DNA from: Bacteroidales bacterium
GTDB taxonomy: Bacteria > Bacteroidota > Bacteroidia > Bacteroidales > UBA932
NCBI GenBank assembly: GCA_017428945.1
Contig: JAFRPW010000027.1
Location: forward strand, 7,202-71,201
Reading direction: 5' to 3'
Length of the DNA: 64,000 nt
Positions within the stretch are counted from its first letter, which is position 1; every line of letters begins with the position of its first letter. Shown piece after piece: positions 29,601 through 38,183 of the stretch. The translations under genes were made by a program, and so were the position numbers. The notes beneath the pieces are model-generated. The model saw nothing but the letters and a program-made list of their open reading frames with translations, made no database searches and was not told where the DNA came from.

Positions 29601-29881
29601 GTACGGTCTTCGTCGGATGCTCCGACGGTAATGGTAACCTTTGTGGTACCGCTGCCGGTGGCAGGGGTGAATGCGATCCAGTCGGCGGAGGAAGTGGCCT
29701 TCCATGTGATGTCGCCGCTGTTGACCTCAACGGTTGCGCTGCCGCCTTCAGAACCAACTGCCACGATGCTCTTGTCAAGGTCTATGGCAAGGTTGTAGGA
29801 TGCCACGGGCTCTTCCTCTATACAGGAGGCAAAGAGCGAGACACCTGCGAGCGCAGAAAGAATATATCTGAACAGTTTCAT
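26645..29881 (-). CDS. Large surface lipoprotein: BACON, three OB-fold-like repeats, lamin-tail-like domain, C-terminal beta-sandwich
   Basis: Lipobox LFASC followed by IEEE, three G(T/S)..(N/D)P..YVKG..YG..TFW(I/M)..D repeats, LYLNEF..IEIYN..VDMTGW (LTD-like), ITIDGDLGDW domain. Confidence 0.72.
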   Translation of the reverse strand: MKLFRYILSALAGVSLFASCIEEEPVASYNLAIDLDKSIVAVGSEGGSATVEVNSGDITWKATSSADWIAFTPATGSGTTKVTITVGASDEDRTGEVSLQAGKLEKLITVVQTGDPHGLTEDDPLTCAEAVVLCGKLADKATTPKKYYVKGIITAIVEEFGTQYGNATFWMGDAEGEKTFEAYRIYYFDNVKYDDPTKQNISEGDNVVIYGVLMNYGGQAETSQNAAYLVKLDANTAPTISCKEPEKVVAASETEATFTIAPKNLTEGWTVSTDASWIKDYTKSGAKDATEIRVSFDANTETEAREATFTVKSAGAKDITLTLKQGGYSAVGTLDNPYTVAQVIEAIKNNSAAGNVYIKGIVSKAVYTYSESYNTGTFWISDDGVFNDDLNKDFEAYSVYWLGGSLDAPVAAADIKGNYSVGDEVILFGAVTAYTKNDVTTYETASKKAKIYSINWATTDANGLGSVDYPFNIAGAEKFIDDTQAAVKAASDAGATLTLPDVAVKGKVSAVLYEFSANYGTGTFWISDDGTAYGVSDDKKSTTEPAKDFEVYSAYFLENKPWEEGNAQVAVGDEVIIKGQLTLYKSTYETSSKKAYVYSLNGVTEATPAEVVPELYLNEFDCQNKQIEIYNATDAEVDMTGWIILKNDGEEGEKDTFSIPAALAKVPAKGYAVFTCKQTDAANGPVFGLSGTKGFKIALKKGDAVVDEVDNLTNIVTIEDGKSWGRETDGADKFVIFDTPTIGAANGSSNPPAELGEYDTNVKDGIVTVSSAYTDGVATVNGTADVFTLKLGTSSKFGSATVTLPAGTKSVSFYAVGWKGAPASLKLTLGSNVIPVDIAANDGATGSSPYTITVTDSDKYAFNLGGALPQDTPVTVETYEGTNNGKRAIIFGIQASTEEIAVAPKGITIDGDLGDWDAVETKFEGVNNRIVEWKATSDASNVYFYYKMTAEKIKTDGSSSFYIGFNLDNDASTGSQGEHGAAGNNAGLEALAYFYPWTSAANAVITAGEDPASWIDNPVGTKVDGAKLKVGGTISGDFAYIEVSVPRSALGSPASGAEITVKTAVQYYPTNAEKIALK

Positions 29882-29896
29882 GATATTACGCTGTTA

Positions 29897-32800
29897 TTAA
29901 TTGAACAAGTACTTGAGACCCAGCTGGAGGTACCATGCCTGACCGATGGTCTTTAAAGGCATGAAGGACTTGGCGCCTTCCTTCAGAGGAGTGGAGAATA
30001 CGGGCTGGCCGTCAGAGTTGAAGTGGTCAAGCGTCAGGATCTGGCCGTTGTTGGCGGTATCGGACCAGGTGGTCATGACACCCCAGCTGTCGTTCAGGAG
30101 GTTGCCCACGTTCATGATGTCGCAGCTGAGCTGCAGGGTATTGGTGGTGTTGCCGATACGGACCTTGATGTCCTGGGCGACCTTCATGTCGAAGTAGTGC
30201 ACCATGGGCCTGTGAGCGCCGTATGCCTGTGCATACTTGCCCTTGCGGGAAGACAGGTATGAATCCTGCTCCACGAAAGCCCAGAAAATGTCGCGGTTGG
30301 TGTCGTCGGTGAACAGGATCTCGTCCTTGGTAGCAGGAATGTAGATGAGGTCCGTGATGTTGGAGTCGCCGTTGACGTCGCCGTCGAACTTGAAGGTGCC
30401 GTATGCGTCACCGCTGTTGCTGGGGACGAAGGCATTGTAAAGGAGGCTCAGGCTGGTTCCCCAGGGCATCCTGTAGGAGACGGAGGCCATGAGGCGGTCC
30501 GGGCTCACGTACTGTGAAGGCTGCAGGGTTGCAAATGCGGGACCGTCAACAGTAGGAAGGCCCTTGAAGACGGACTCCGGGTCGGAGCCGGGCATACCCG
30601 TAACCTCGTACTGCTCCGTATGCGTGTAGGATGCGTTTACACGGAGATTCTTGATGGGCTGTGCGTTGGCGCTGAGAACGAATATCCAGCCATAACCCTT
30701 GTTGGTGTTGGTGAGGTAGTATGCAGGAGTACCCGTGTAGTAAGCGTTGGAAGGATAGACGTGACGATTGTCCGGACCTGCCCACTGGGACCAACCGGCG
30801 TTGCTCTTGGTGTTGATATCCTTGATGAGGTTTGCGTTCACATTCTTGTTGAAGGTGTACTCGGCAGTCATGTTGAACGGGAACTCGGTGGGGAGCTGCA
30901 TGTCAAGGGCGATGGAAGACTTCCAGATCTGGGGCATCTTGAAGTTGGGATCGACGCCTGCAATCTTGGATGACAGCTGTCCTTTGTCGGGAGAAATCTC
31001 GTAAGGGTTCTTATCCGGGTCAATGGCATTGAGGGCGGCGAGGATGTCTTCAGTGGTGACGGGAAGCTTTCCGTCAGGACCAACTGCAAACTTATCCAGG
31101 CCGGCATTGCGGAACTCCACGTTTCCGTTCTTCCACTGAGTGGTGATGACGGACAGGTGCTGGAACATGGCTGCGTTGGTAGGCATGTTTGTCATGAACA
31201 CCAGGGGGAGACGGCCTGCGAACAGACCGGTGCCGCCGCGGATCTTCATGCTCTTGTCTCCGAACACGTCATAGACAAAGCCGATACGGGGGGATACCTG
31301 GATGTTGGTCTTGGGCCAGTAGCCGGTGTCGATGCGGAGGCAGCCGTCACCGTCGGCGTGACCGCCCTCGGGTTCCTCGCCGAAGTGGAGAGCCTTCACG
31401 GCGTTGTTGGTCATAAGGTCCTTGCTGTTGTACAGGATGGTATCGAAGCGGACGCCTGCGGTGACCTTGAGTTTCTCGTTCACGTCCCACTCGTCCTGGC
31501 CGTAGAGGCCGATCTGGTTGAACTGGATACGTGCGGACGGGGTGTCACCCATACCGTTGTTGGTGTAGCCGTAGGTGAGGGCCACGGTTTCAGGGGCCGC
31601 GCCGTTGATGAAGTCGTCGACGCTCTTGAAGCGGTAGTAACCGGTACCTTCACGCATATAGGCGTTGTCTGCGAACTGGTATTCGTTGGAGATGCCGGCG
31701 GTGATCTTGTGGGCGCCGAGGAAATAGGTGAGGTCGTCCTTGACGGTGAACACGCGGTTGTGAACGCCGTTGTACCAGGTGAAGAGCTCGTAACCTGCGC
31801 TGATGTAAGGCTCAAGGATCTGGGTACCGTCCGAGTTGGAGCCCTTCATAATGTCGATGAAGGGGAACTTGTCAGAATCGGAACCACGGACGTCCTCGAT
31901 GTTGGAGTAGGTGACGAGGAGCTGGTTGGAGAGGTCGTTGGTGAGACGGCTGTTGAGGTCCAGGGAGTAGGTCCTCACGTTGTTCTCCATCGAGTACATT
32001 GAATTGTAGAAGGCCATCGAGTATTCCGACATACGGTTCAGGGACAGGCGGGTACCCTTGAGGGATTCCTGGGTGCCGTCCTTGGTTGAACCCCAGTCAC
32101 CGGAAGAACCGTTGGTGCCTACCCAGTGCTTTGAAGTGGTGTAGTTGAAACGGAATGCGAGATGGTGCTTGTCCGTGATGTTCCAGTCCAGGCGGCCCAG
32201 GAGCTTGATGGTGTTGGATTCCTTGCCGTAGTCGTCCCAGCCGCCGGTGTCGTAGCCGTAACGGTTCTTGAGGTGGTCCGAGACACGCTGCATATCGGAA
32301 TTCAGGGTACGGGCGATGGAGCCGTTCTTGTAACCTTTTTCCAGGATGGTCTCGGGGCCGACAGTCACATCGTTGCCATTGTCATCCTTGTAGGTATAGG
32401 AGGAAGTACCGTCATATGCACGGTATGCAAATACCTGGTTTGCAGGCTCTCCCTGATACTCTACGCTTCCGAAGAAGAAGAGTTTGTTCTTGATGATGGG
32501 GAAGCCAAGCGTTGCACCGTAGACAGTGCTCTTTTCAGCCTGGTTAGCCTCCTTGTTGGGGATTTCCTGGCCGCCGTTGAGGGTGGAGCCGCGGAGCTTG
32601 CCGTTCTGGTGGTAGACATAGGCGGTTCCCTTAACGGTGTTGGTACCGGACTTGGTAATGGCGTTGATACCGCCGCCGATGAAGTTGGTCTGCCTTACGT
32701 CGAACGGGGAAACCACAACCTGGAGTTCCTCGATGGCGTCCATGGAGACAGGGTTGCCGCCGCCGGGAAGGCTTGAGGAAAGACCGAAGTTGTTGTTGAA

Positions 32801-33367
32801 GTTTGCACCGTCGATGGTGAAGTTGGTGCTACGGCCGTCGCCACCTGCGATGGACATTCCGTTACCGCCGTAAGGAGAAAGCTTGGCGATATCGGAAACG
32901 CTGCGGTTTGCGGTGGGCAGTGCCAGGATTTCCTGCTGGGAAACGTTGGTTGCGGCACCGGTCTTCTCCTGGGCGGCGAACTTGGAAGTGGGCGTTGCCA
33001 CAACCACCACGGCCTCAAGGAATTCCGCAGACTCCTGCAGCCACACGTTCAGGTTATAAGCCTGACCCAGCTGGAGGGTGATGTCCGTGTAGTTGACGCT
33101 CTGGTAACCCAGGTTGGAGAACTCTACGGTGTAAGGACCGCCGGTACGCATACCCTGTATGGTATAGCGGCCTTCCACGTTAGTCACGGCGCCGTAAACG
33201 GTACCGGAGGGTTCATGCTGCGCAAGGATGGCGGCGCCGATGACCGGCTCGCCATTCTGGTCAACCACGCGGCCCTGTAGGGTTGATGTGGTGACCTGCG
33301 CAAACGCAGACACGCCCGCAATCAGCGTAGTGAAAGCGAGCAGAAAGCTTTTGAAAGCGTTTTTCAT
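29897..33367 (-). CDS. TonB-dependent receptor (Oar-like, carboxypeptidase-regulatory N-domain)
   Basis: AQVTTS..GRVVDQNGEP, IDGANFNNNFGL, DVRQTNFIGGGINAITKSGTN, C-terminal LQLGLKYLFN. Start reassigned to MKNAFKS. Confidence 0.9.
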   Translation of the reverse strand: MKNAFKSFLLAFTTLIAGVSAFAQVTTSTLQGRVVDQNGEPVIGAAILAQHEPSGTVYGAVTNVEGRYTIQGMRTGGPYTVEFSNLGYQSVNYTDITLQLGQAYNLNVWLQESAEFLEAVVVVATPTSKFAAQEKTGAATNVSQQEILALPTANRSVSDIAKLSPYGGNGMSIAGGDGRSTNFTIDGANFNNNFGLSSSLPGGGNPVSMDAIEELQVVVSPFDVRQTNFIGGGINAITKSGTNTVKGTAYVYHQNGKLRGSTLNGGQEIPNKEANQAEKSTVYGATLGFPIIKNKLFFFGSVEYQGEPANQVFAYRAYDGTSSYTYKDDNGNDVTVGPETILEKGYKNGSIARTLNSDMQRVSDHLKNRYGYDTGGWDDYGKESNTIKLLGRLDWNITDKHHLAFRFNYTTSKHWVGTNGSSGDWGSTKDGTQESLKGTRLSLNRMSEYSMAFYNSMYSMENNVRTYSLDLNSRLTNDLSNQLLVTYSNIEDVRGSDSDKFPFIDIMKGSNSDGTQILEPYISAGYELFTWYNGVHNRVFTVKDDLTYFLGAHKITAGISNEYQFADNAYMREGTGYYRFKSVDDFINGAAPETVALTYGYTNNGMGDTPSARIQFNQIGLYGQDEWDVNEKLKVTAGVRFDTILYNSKDLMTNNAVKALHFGEEPEGGHADGDGCLRIDTGYWPKTNIQVSPRIGFVYDVFGDKSMKIRGGTGLFAGRLPLVFMTNMPTNAAMFQHLSVITTQWKNGNVEFRNAGLDKFAVGPDGKLPVTTEDILAALNAIDPDKNPYEISPDKGQLSSKIAGVDPNFKMPQIWKSSIALDMQLPTEFPFNMTAEYTFNKNVNANLIKDINTKSNAGWSQWAGPDNRHVYPSNAYYTGTPAYYLTNTNKGYGWIFVLSANAQPIKNLRVNASYTHTEQYEVTGMPGSDPESVFKGLPTVDGPAFATLQPSQYVSPDRLMASVSYRMPWGTSLSLLYNAFVPSNSGDAYGTFKFDGDVNGDSNITDLIYIPATKDEILFTDDTNRDIFWAFVEQDSYLSSRKGKYAQAYGAHRPMVHYFDMKVAQDIKVRIGNTTNTLQLSCDIMNVGNLLNDSWGVMTTWSDTANNGQILTLDHFNSDGQPVFSTPLKEGAKSFMPLKTIGQAWYLQLGLKYLFN

Positions 33368-33444
33368 AAAGTTTTGATGATAAATATTGATACGATAGTA
33401 TATTTCTACCAAAAAACCGTTGCGAAGTTACTACTTTTTTATGA

Positions 33445-33474
33445 ATAAAAAAACGGAACCCGTTCAGATTCCGT
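33445..33474 (-). terminator. Probable intrinsic terminator of metK
   Basis: Minus strand acggaatc-tgaac-gggttccgt followed by T7, just after the metK stop. Confidence 0.6.
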
Positions 33475-33484
33475 AAAAAAGTTT

Positions 33485-34789
33485 TCAACTGATTTCGAAT
33501 GCCTTCTTCACAGCGGGCACGCTGTCAAGGAGTTCCCATCCGAAGAACTGGACTATCTTGTCCTTTCCCTGCACCTTCACGGCCTTCCTGAAGGGTTTTC
33601 TGCCCATATGACCATAAGCCGCGGTGGGAGCATAGATGGGATTCTTGAGACCGAATTTCCTTACAATGGCGGCCGGAGTAAGCGGGAAAATCTTCTGGAT
33701 CTTTTCCGCTATCTCCGAATCCGGCACAATGCCGGTTCCGTAAGTATCCACGAAAACGCTCACGGGCTTTGCAACGCCGATCGCATAGGCAAGCTGGACA
33801 AGGCACTCCTGGGCAACGCCCGCGGCAACCAGGTTCTTGGCGATGTAACGGGCGGCGTAGGCGGCGCTGCGGTCCACCTTGGAGGAATCTTTCCCGGAGA
33901 AGGCACCGCCTCCGTGCGCACCCTTTCCGCCGTAAGTGTCCACGATTATCTTGCGGCCGGTGAGACCGGTGTCCCCGTGAGGCCCGCCGATGACGAATTT
34001 ACCGGTGGGATTCACGTGCAGGATGAAGTCATGGATAAGCGCGGAAGTTTCCTCGGGAAGAGAAGCCTTTAGCCTGGGAATCAGGATGTTGCGGACATCG
34101 TCCTCTATCTTTTCACGCATGGCTTCATCCACCTTGGCCTGGCCGTACTGAGCCACCGCCTTGGCGTATGACATGCGTCCCAGGGAGGCGGGTACGAATT
34201 CATCGTGCTGGGTGCTCAGGACTATGGTGTGAACCTTTACGGGACGATGCGTCTCGCCGTCGTACTCGATGGTGAACTGGCTCTTTGCATCCGGGCGCAG
34301 ATACGGCATGAGGCCAATCTCATGGTGCCTTATGCGGGCAAGGATTTCAAGAATCCTGTGGCTGAGGTAAAGGGGCAGCGGCATGTAGTCTTCCGTATCC
34401 TTGCAGGCATAGCCGAACATCATGCCCTGGTCTCCGGCGCCCTGCTCCTCAGGAACGGCGCGTTCCACGCCGCGGTTGATGTCTGCCGACTGCTCGTGAA
34501 GGGCGCTCAGAACGCCGCAGGACGATGCGTCGAACATGTACTCCGCCTTGGTGTAACCAATGCGGCGGATGGTGTCGCGGACGGTGTTCTGGATGTCTAC
34601 GTAGGCTTCTGCCTTCACTTCACCCATTACCACCACCATGCCCGTCGAGCAGAAGCTCTCGCAGGCTACTTTGGATTCGGGATCTTGCCTGAGGAACTCG
34701 TCCAGGATGGCGTCCGAAATCTGGTCCGCCACTTTGTCCGGGTGGCCTTCAGACACACTCTCGGACGTAAAGAGATAATTCTTTAGCAT
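33485..34789 (-). CDS. metK: S-adenosylmethionine synthetase
   Basis: [45 protein letters not shown]. Confidence 0.98.
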   Translation of the reverse strand: MLKNYLFTSESVSEGHPDKVADQISDAILDEFLRQDPESKVACESFCSTGMVVVMGEVKAEAYVDIQNTVRDTIRRIGYTKAEYMFDASSCGVLSALHEQSADINRGVERAVPEEQGAGDQGMMFGYACKDTEDYMPLPLYLSHRILEILARIRHHEIGLMPYLRPDAKSQFTIEYDGETHRPVKVHTIVLSTQHDEFVPASLGRMSYAKAVAQYGQAKVDEAMREKIEDDVRNILIPRLKASLPEETSALIHDFILHVNPTGKFVIGGPHGDTGLTGRKIIVDTYGGKGAHGGGAFSGKDSSKVDRSAAYAARYIAKNLVAAGVAQECLVQLAYAIGVAKPVSVFVDTYGTGIVPDSEIAEKIQKIFPLTPAAIVRKFGLKNPIYAPTAAYGHMGRKPFRKAVKVQGKDKIVQFFGWELLDSVPAVKKAFEIS

Positions 34790-34858
34790 TTTTTAACGCG
34801 TGGTTGCAAGTTAATTATAAATCTGTCCACAATATGTTTGGGGCCGCAAATATACGGC

Positions 34859-35674
34859 TTATTTTTGATTTGGCAAAACCCAGTGTATGGTTACTCCGTC
34901 CCTTTCCATTCCGCGGAACCATGTCATCTGCCGCTTGGCAAACTGATGGATGGCGTTTCCAAGCAACATGACCATGTCATCGTAACTGTACTTGCCAAGA
35001 AGATACTCCGTGACAAACTTGTACTCAAGGCCATAGTATATCAGATCCTCCGCGGGGATAGTTTTCATCAGATTCTCCACCTCTTCCACCAGGCCCTCCT
35101 TCAGGCGCTCTTCCAGCCTGACGTCAATTCTCCGAACCCTTTCTTCACGGGAGACGAGAGTACCTATAAAAAATGTTTTCCCGGGCAGCCGTCCCGGATC
35201 CACTCCGTTACCTTTCTCAAACTTATACGCACGTGTAACCGATTCTATATAAAGGCCGGAGCCGCCGCATATGATAGGGATGACACCCCTGTCTTTCACC
35301 TCTTGGAAAGCCCTGGCAAACGCCTCCTGATACTGATAGATATTAAACTTTGCACCTGCGGGAGCAATGTCTATGAGGTGGTATGGAACATCACCGTACT
35401 CGGCCAGGTCTTTCCCCGTGCCGATATCCATGCCACGGTATACCTGCCTGGAGTCTGCAGAGAGAATCTCCCCGCGCAGTTCCTTTGCCAGCTGCACGGC
35501 ATACCTGGTCTTGCCGGAAGCAGTGGGGCCAAGGACACAGATGCAATCATACTCACCAGCCTGCAGTGAGCGGTGCAACGCCTCGATGTCTATGGTTTCA
35601 GGCTCCGGCATCCTGGCCATAGGGGGAATCCCAGGCCTGTCCGGCAAGAGCTGTGTCCTGTTCCACTTGTTCAT
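34859..35674 (-). CDS. miaA: tRNA dimethylallyltransferase family protein (MiaA paralog, internally shortened)
   Basis: P-loop GPTASGKT, ADSRQVYRGMDIGTGK, CGGSGLY, HQFAKRQMTWFR. TATTTTTG -7 box at 35679-35686 on the minus strand. Confidence 0.85.
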   Translation of the reverse strand: MNKWNRTQLLPDRPGIPPMARMPEPETIDIEALHRSLQAGEYDCICVLGPTASGKTRYAVQLAKELRGEILSADSRQVYRGMDIGTGKDLAEYGDVPYHLIDIAPAGAKFNIYQYQEAFARAFQEVKDRGVIPIICGGSGLYIESVTRAYKFEKGNGVDPGRLPGKTFFIGTLVSREERVRRIDVRLEERLKEGLVEEVENLMKTIPAEDLIYYGLEYKFVTEYLLGKYSYDDMVMLLGNAIHQFAKRQMTWFRGMERDGVTIHWVLPNQK

Positions 35675-35714
35675 GCCACAAAAATACCAAAAAAACCACT
35701 ATCTTTGCAATCCC

Positions 35715-35793
35715 ATCCACCAAAACACCCCATTTCGGTGGACAAACCCGGCAAAACGGCAACTTGTCCACCAAAAACGCCAAATCGGTGGAC
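35715..35793. repeat. REP family A array, 2 hairpin units (opposite orientation to the 12345 array)
   Basis: ATCCAC 35715..GTGGAC 35743 and GTCCAC 35766..GTGGAC 35793. Confidence 0.9.
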
Positions 35794-35803
35794 AAGCAGC
35801 ATT

Positions 35804-36259
35804 ATGCCTAAGGCAAAGAGCAGCATACAGGTAAAAAACCGCAGGGCCTCGTTCGACTACGAGTTCCTGGAGACCTATACGGCCGGAATCCAGCTGGTGG
35901 GGACGGAAATCAAATCCATCCGCGCCGGCAAGGTGTCGCTACAGGATGCGTATTGCTATTTTGCAGGCAATCAGCTGTTTGTGAGGGGCATGAACATTGC
36001 CCAGTACCACTGGGGCAGTTGGGGACAGCATGAACCGGCACGTGACCGCAGGCTGCTTCTTACAAAGCGCGAGCTGCGTCACCTTTTCCAGGCGGACAAG
36101 CAGAAAGGTCTTACCATAGTTGCCGTAAAGCTTTTCATTGCCGACAATGGATATGCAAAACTTGTGATTGCCTTGGCAAAGGGCAAGCATGAGTGGGATA
36201 AACGCCAGTCCATTAAAGAAAAGGATACCCGCAGGGAGCTGGAGCGCAGCGGTTATTAG
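35804..36259 (+). CDS. smpB: SsrA-binding protein SmpB
   Basis: KNRRASFDYEFLETYTAGIQLVGTEIKSIR, RRLLLTKRE, KGKHEWDKRQSIK. The true start is 35804; the longer ORF call is a read-through of the REP array. Confidence 0.96.
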   Translation: MPKAKSSIQVKNRRASFDYEFLETYTAGIQLVGTEIKSIRAGKVSLQDAYCYFAGNQLFVRGMNIAQYHWGSWGQHEPARDRRLLLTKRELRHLFQADKQKGLTIVAVKLFIADNGYAKLVIALAKGKHEWDKRQSIKEKDTRRELERSGY

Positions 36260-37161
36260 TCCATAGACTGGCTGGTGTTCACAGAGATCATCATCATCCT
36301 GGCGTACTCCTCGGGAGAGAGGGAGGCAAACAGGTAATTCACAGGGTCAAGGACAACGGTGTCGCGAAGCACTTCGTAATGGAGGTGCGGCGCAGCAACC
36401 TGCGTGGAGATACCCACGCTGCCAATCTTCTGTCCCCTTTTCACGCTCCTGCCCTGAACTGCGTTCACCTCTCCAAGGAGGCAGTAGCGGGTGAAGTATC
36501 CGTTCCTGTGGTCTATAGTAACCGTGTTTCCCAGGCCCTTGCGGGAAGAAGTGACCCTCGTCACTATTCCGTCGGCAGATGCATATACCGGGGCGCCCTG
36601 GGGCACTACGAGGTCAAGGCCGTCGTGCTGGATTTCAACCTTGTAGACAGGGTTGTGACGGAGGCCGGTGGAGGCTCCGGTCTGAACATAGGAAACGCCT
36701 TTCAGAGGCATCGAGAGCGGGGGTACCACCTCCCGTTTTTCGCTTAGGATGCGGAAAATCTCCTCCCAGTTGCGGTCTACGTTGGAGGCCATGCGCATAA
36801 GGCTTCCGGACTTGGTTGCGGCCGATGTCAGGTAGAAACTCTCCGACAGGGAATCGCTGTCCGCGATGAGCTCCGCTGCGGTAACGGCGTCAATCATCGG
36901 AGGAGCGGCCTCGAAGAGCGTACGGTATATGGCATCGTCCTTGTCCAGGAGCCCTTCTATAACATCGCCGATGAGCTTTTCCTGCGCTTTCATCTCCTTG
37001 TACCTGGCGGCGTAAAGGCGGTTTTCCTTCTGCAGGAGACGTTCTTCCTGGGAAGAGAACACCAGCGCAAACAGCAGGTACAGGACGATGGCCATGGACG
37101 CCGATGCTATGAGATAGCGCACTGCACTGCCCGCAAGGGCTTTGAAATCTATCTTTTTCAT
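36256..37161 (-). CDS. M23 family peptidase
   Basis: HDGLDL and HLHYEV zinc motifs, N-terminal TM helix plus coiled coil. Confidence 0.85.
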   Translation of the reverse strand: MKKIDFKALAGSAVRYLIASASMAIVLYLLFALVFSSQEERLLQKENRLYAARYKEMKAQEKLIGDVIEGLLDKDDAIYRTLFEAAPPMIDAVTAAELIADSDSLSESFYLTSAATKSGSLMRMASNVDRNWEEIFRILSEKREVVPPLSMPLKGVSYVQTGASTGLRHNPVYKVEIQHDGLDLVVPQGAPVYASADGIVTRVTSSRKGLGNTVTIDHRNGYFTRYCLLGEVNAVQGRSVKRGQKIGSVGISTQVAAPHLHYEVLRDTVVLDPVNYLFASLSPEEYARMMMISVNTSQSMD

Positions 37162-38120
37162 TGCTCGGGCCTCCTCACTATTTCATAATAGTCCTTTGCC
37201 TCTATGGAAAGGTCCATGTACAGGGCGGGGTTCACGTAATCCTGGCGGTAGAGCACCTCGTAATGAAGGTGCGGTCCGGTGCATCGTCCGCTTCGTCCGC
37301 TCTTGCCAATGCAGTCCCCGCGTGTAAGCACCTGGCCTTCCTCCACAAATATCTCGGACATATGCGCATAGCGCGTCTTGTAGCCGAATCCGTGGTCCAC
37401 TATCACGTGGTTGCCGTAGCCCTTGCGCTCGTGTGCCACCTTTACGACGACGCCGTCGCCGGTGGTGTAGATAGGGTTACCCGGAGGGCAGGCGAAGTCC
37501 ATGCCGGTATGGCGCTTGGTGAAGCCCAGGATAGGGTCAGACCTGTATCCGAAGGGGCTGGACAAGTGGAAACTGCCCTTCTCCGTGGACATCGGCGGAA
37601 TTGCGGGAATATGGGCGGCCATGTCGCCGGCCGTGCGCTGCAGGGAGGTGACATCGTCAAAGGACATGGTCTGGATATAGGCTCGTTTTTCCAGGATGTC
37701 AAGACGGGTGACAATGCCCTTCAGGGAGGTTCCTTCCAGGTCTGCATAACGGTTTTCCCCGCCAAACCCGGAGAGTCTCACGGCCTTGGGGATCTCGTCC
37801 ATGCCGTAGACGGAGCGGTATATCTTGTCGTCCCTGACTTCCAGCAGATCAAGGAGTTCCTCGTAGCGGTCCAGCTGGCCGGCCATGCGGTCCACACGTG
37901 TGTTCCAGTCGGCGTTGCGGCGGCGCAGGATAGCCGTTTTGGGAAGGTCCCTGCCAAGGACGGAAACGGTAATCCAGACATACAGGACAAAGAGAACCAC
38001 CCCCGTGACGGCCTCTACGGCAATCTTCCACAAGGGACGGCCGGACTCTTCGTGGAGCTCGTCAATGAGGGTCCTTGGATTGAGGATATATTTCTCTAAT
38101 TTTCCTGCCACAGTTTGCAA
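37158..38120 (-). CDS. M23 family peptidase (start uncertain, GTG at 38111 plausible)
   Basis: HTGMDF, YAHMS, GPHLHYEV. Confidence 0.88.
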   Translation of the reverse strand: MQTVAGKLEKYILNPRTLIDELHEESGRPLWKIAVEAVTGVVLFVLYVWITVSVLGRDLPKTAILRRRNADWNTRVDRMAGQLDRYEELLDLLEVRDDKIYRSVYGMDEIPKAVRLSGFGGENRYADLEGTSLKGIVTRLDILEKRAYIQTMSFDDVTSLQRTAGDMAAHIPAIPPMSTEKGSFHLSSPFGYRSDPILGFTKRHTGMDFACPPGNPIYTTGDGVVVKVAHERKGYGNHVIVDHGFGYKTRYAHMSEIFVEEGQVLTRGDCIGKSGRSGRCTGPHLHYEVLYRQDYVNPALYMDLSIEAKDYYEIVRRPEQ

Positions 38121-38183
38121 AGATAAGTATTTTAGGAAAAACGCCCAAAAGTCACTATCTTTGTAGGCTATAAATATATTTAT

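Noticed and set aside
34790-34858. SAM riboswitch upstream of metK
   Set aside because: Only ~70 nt separate metK from miaA, a -7 box lies within them, and no SAM-I/II consensus is visible.
36256-38120. Tandem M23 peptidases as a novel system
   Set aside because: An M23 gene or pair beside alaS is a familiar Bacteroidetes arrangement, and both have ordinary motifs.
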